NCBI RefSeq assembly: GCF_963921235.1
Contig: NC_086097.1
Location: forward strand, 59,274,001 to 59,338,000
DNA length: 64,000 bases
Reading direction: 5' to 3'
Source: Mobula hypostoma
Taxonomy: Eukaryota
In this document: piece by piece, positions 62,638 to 64,000 of the stretch
How positions within the stretch are numbered: position 1 is the stretch's first letter
How the letters are laid out: each line of letters opens with the position of its first letter
Program-made: the position numbers and the translations under genes
Notes under the pieces: generated by a model
Databases searched by the model: none
What the model was told of the DNA's origin: nothing
The model's input: the letters and a program-made list of their open reading frames with translations, nothing else

Positions 62638-63442
62638 AAGGTTCAAAGGTTCAAAGATCCAATTTAATGTCAGAGGAATGTATACGATATACATCCTGAA
62701 ATACTTTTTCTTAGCAACCATCCACGAAAACAGAGGAGTGCCCCAAAGAACAAATGACAGTTAAACGTGAGAACCCCAAAATCCCCCCCAGCTCTCCCCT
62801 CCCTCGCATAAGCGGCAACAAGCAATGATCCCCCCCCCAGCAAAAAAAAACGCTTGCTACTGAGCACAAGTGTGAGCTAGGCAATAGCAAAGACACAGAC
62901 CTTGCAGTTACCCCAAGACAATTGCATTTCATCCGGCATTCTATAAACCACAGGTTCTCTCTCTCGCTAATAAGGGAGAGGGATGTGTCCCTATTTTTAC
63001 AGCGTGTGGGAGACATAACAACAACCCGCTGGCTTACGATGTTAAGAAGTCCATTTCATTGCTTTTTTCGAGCTCTGTGCCTGAAGATCTCAAAGAGCTC
63101 GGGTCTTTGGGCCTTCCTGATGACACATGGATCTCCTACCGTGACATTGACCCATGATCCGCCCATCTCCAGAGCCCCGAGGTCTTAGGCTTTCGAACAC
63201 GAGCCAGACTCTCAGGCCAAACCCTTGGCATGCCGAACAACAACGGCCCGTCTTGAAACCCCAAAAACAGGTTCCATCCCGGCAAAGAACTGAAGTCTGC
63301 GTGTAACTCCAGGTCAGGGTCTTCAAAAGAACCCTGAAAGGGAAAAATAAAGATATTAAAGATGGACGTAGATCTGTTTCCGAAGATGCAAGTAAAGGCG
63401 TCACTGTTTAGCGCCATGCAAGCAAAGGAGTCGCCATTTAGC
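62638..63442 (-). mobile_element. Non-autonomous element with AAATGGCG head and Rex1-type tail, inserted in an old CR1 3' end
   Basis: Minus strand AAATGGCGACTCCTTTGCTTGCATGGCGC...CATCTTCGG; tail TATTTCAGGATG...CTTTGAACCTTTGAACC. CR1 3' remnant on both sides (62600-62637, 63450-63600). Confidence 0.8.
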
Positions 63443-63915
63443 ATCTCCAATTTAAATTGGAGATCACTAGATTTTGAGATACTCAGGGAATCAAGGAATA
63501 CATGTTTGCACAGGAAAATTGAGATGATGCTCAAGATCAGCCATGATCAGCTGATTTAAAGAGCCAGATCACCTGTTCCCAATTGCTATGGACAATGTGA
63601 TACAGAACAACTAACAGTTCTCGGGTTTCAGTGTCAAAGTTGTTGGGCCTGGGTAAGAATGTAATGAAACATTATCTGGAACTTTGTCAAGCCTACCAAC
63701 GGAAGGGTATACCTGTATCTGAGGGAGGGCAACAAAGGTTTATCAGGTCATTTACTGGAATGGTAAGCTTGCCCTATGAGGAGTGGTTAAGCAGTGGGGC
63801 AATTGTAGGGATTGAGAGGGTATTTACACATTTGTTGTCTTTTCTGGCTAGTGTGTCTAGAACTAGAAATTAATGTCTCAGAAACTGAAATCAACCACTC
63901 ATTGTGGAAAGGAGA

Positions 63916-64000
63916 GGCTTTGTGAAGGGCAGATCGTGTCTAACAAGCCTGATAGAGTTCTTTGAGGAGGTGACCAGGCATATAGATGAGGGTAGTGCAG
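63916..64000 (+). mobile_element. CR1 RT fragment continuing beyond the window
   Basis: GFVKGRSCLTSLIEFFEEVTRHIDEGSA. Confidence 0.9.

Noticed and set aside
1..64000. CRISPR array, operon or prokaryotic defence system
   Set aside because: No regularly spaced repeats or bacterial gene organisation; the DNA is vertebrate repeat-rich sequence.

Overview
AT-rich vertebrate genomic DNA made almost entirely of nested, mostly decayed transposable elements. The repeat repertoire (CR1 with octamer tails, Rex1/Babar, T-rich L1, Penelope-like elements, V-domain and CORE tRNA-SINEs) suggests a cartilaginous fish such as a ray; this is an inference, not a database result. I recognise no host protein-coding gene, tRNA, rRNA or CRISPR array, so the window is probably intergenic or deep intronic. 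Main contents: two Mag-type Gypsy copies of one family, a chromovirus-type Gypsy, a near full-length L1 inside a near full-length CR1, a young CR1 splitting the zinc knuckle of another L1, and a GIY-YIG Penelope fragment. Three things stand out. First, a minimal type I hammerhead ribozyme motif sits at the Penelope terminus. Second, ~200-240 bp foldback insertions built from two inverted Penelope termini recur, with back-to-back hammerhead cores and 13-16 bp TSDs. Third, several 0.6-1 kb non-coding elements carry an AAGATGGCG head and a Rex1/Babar-type tail. None of these is proven novel. Boundaries of degenerate elements are approximate.
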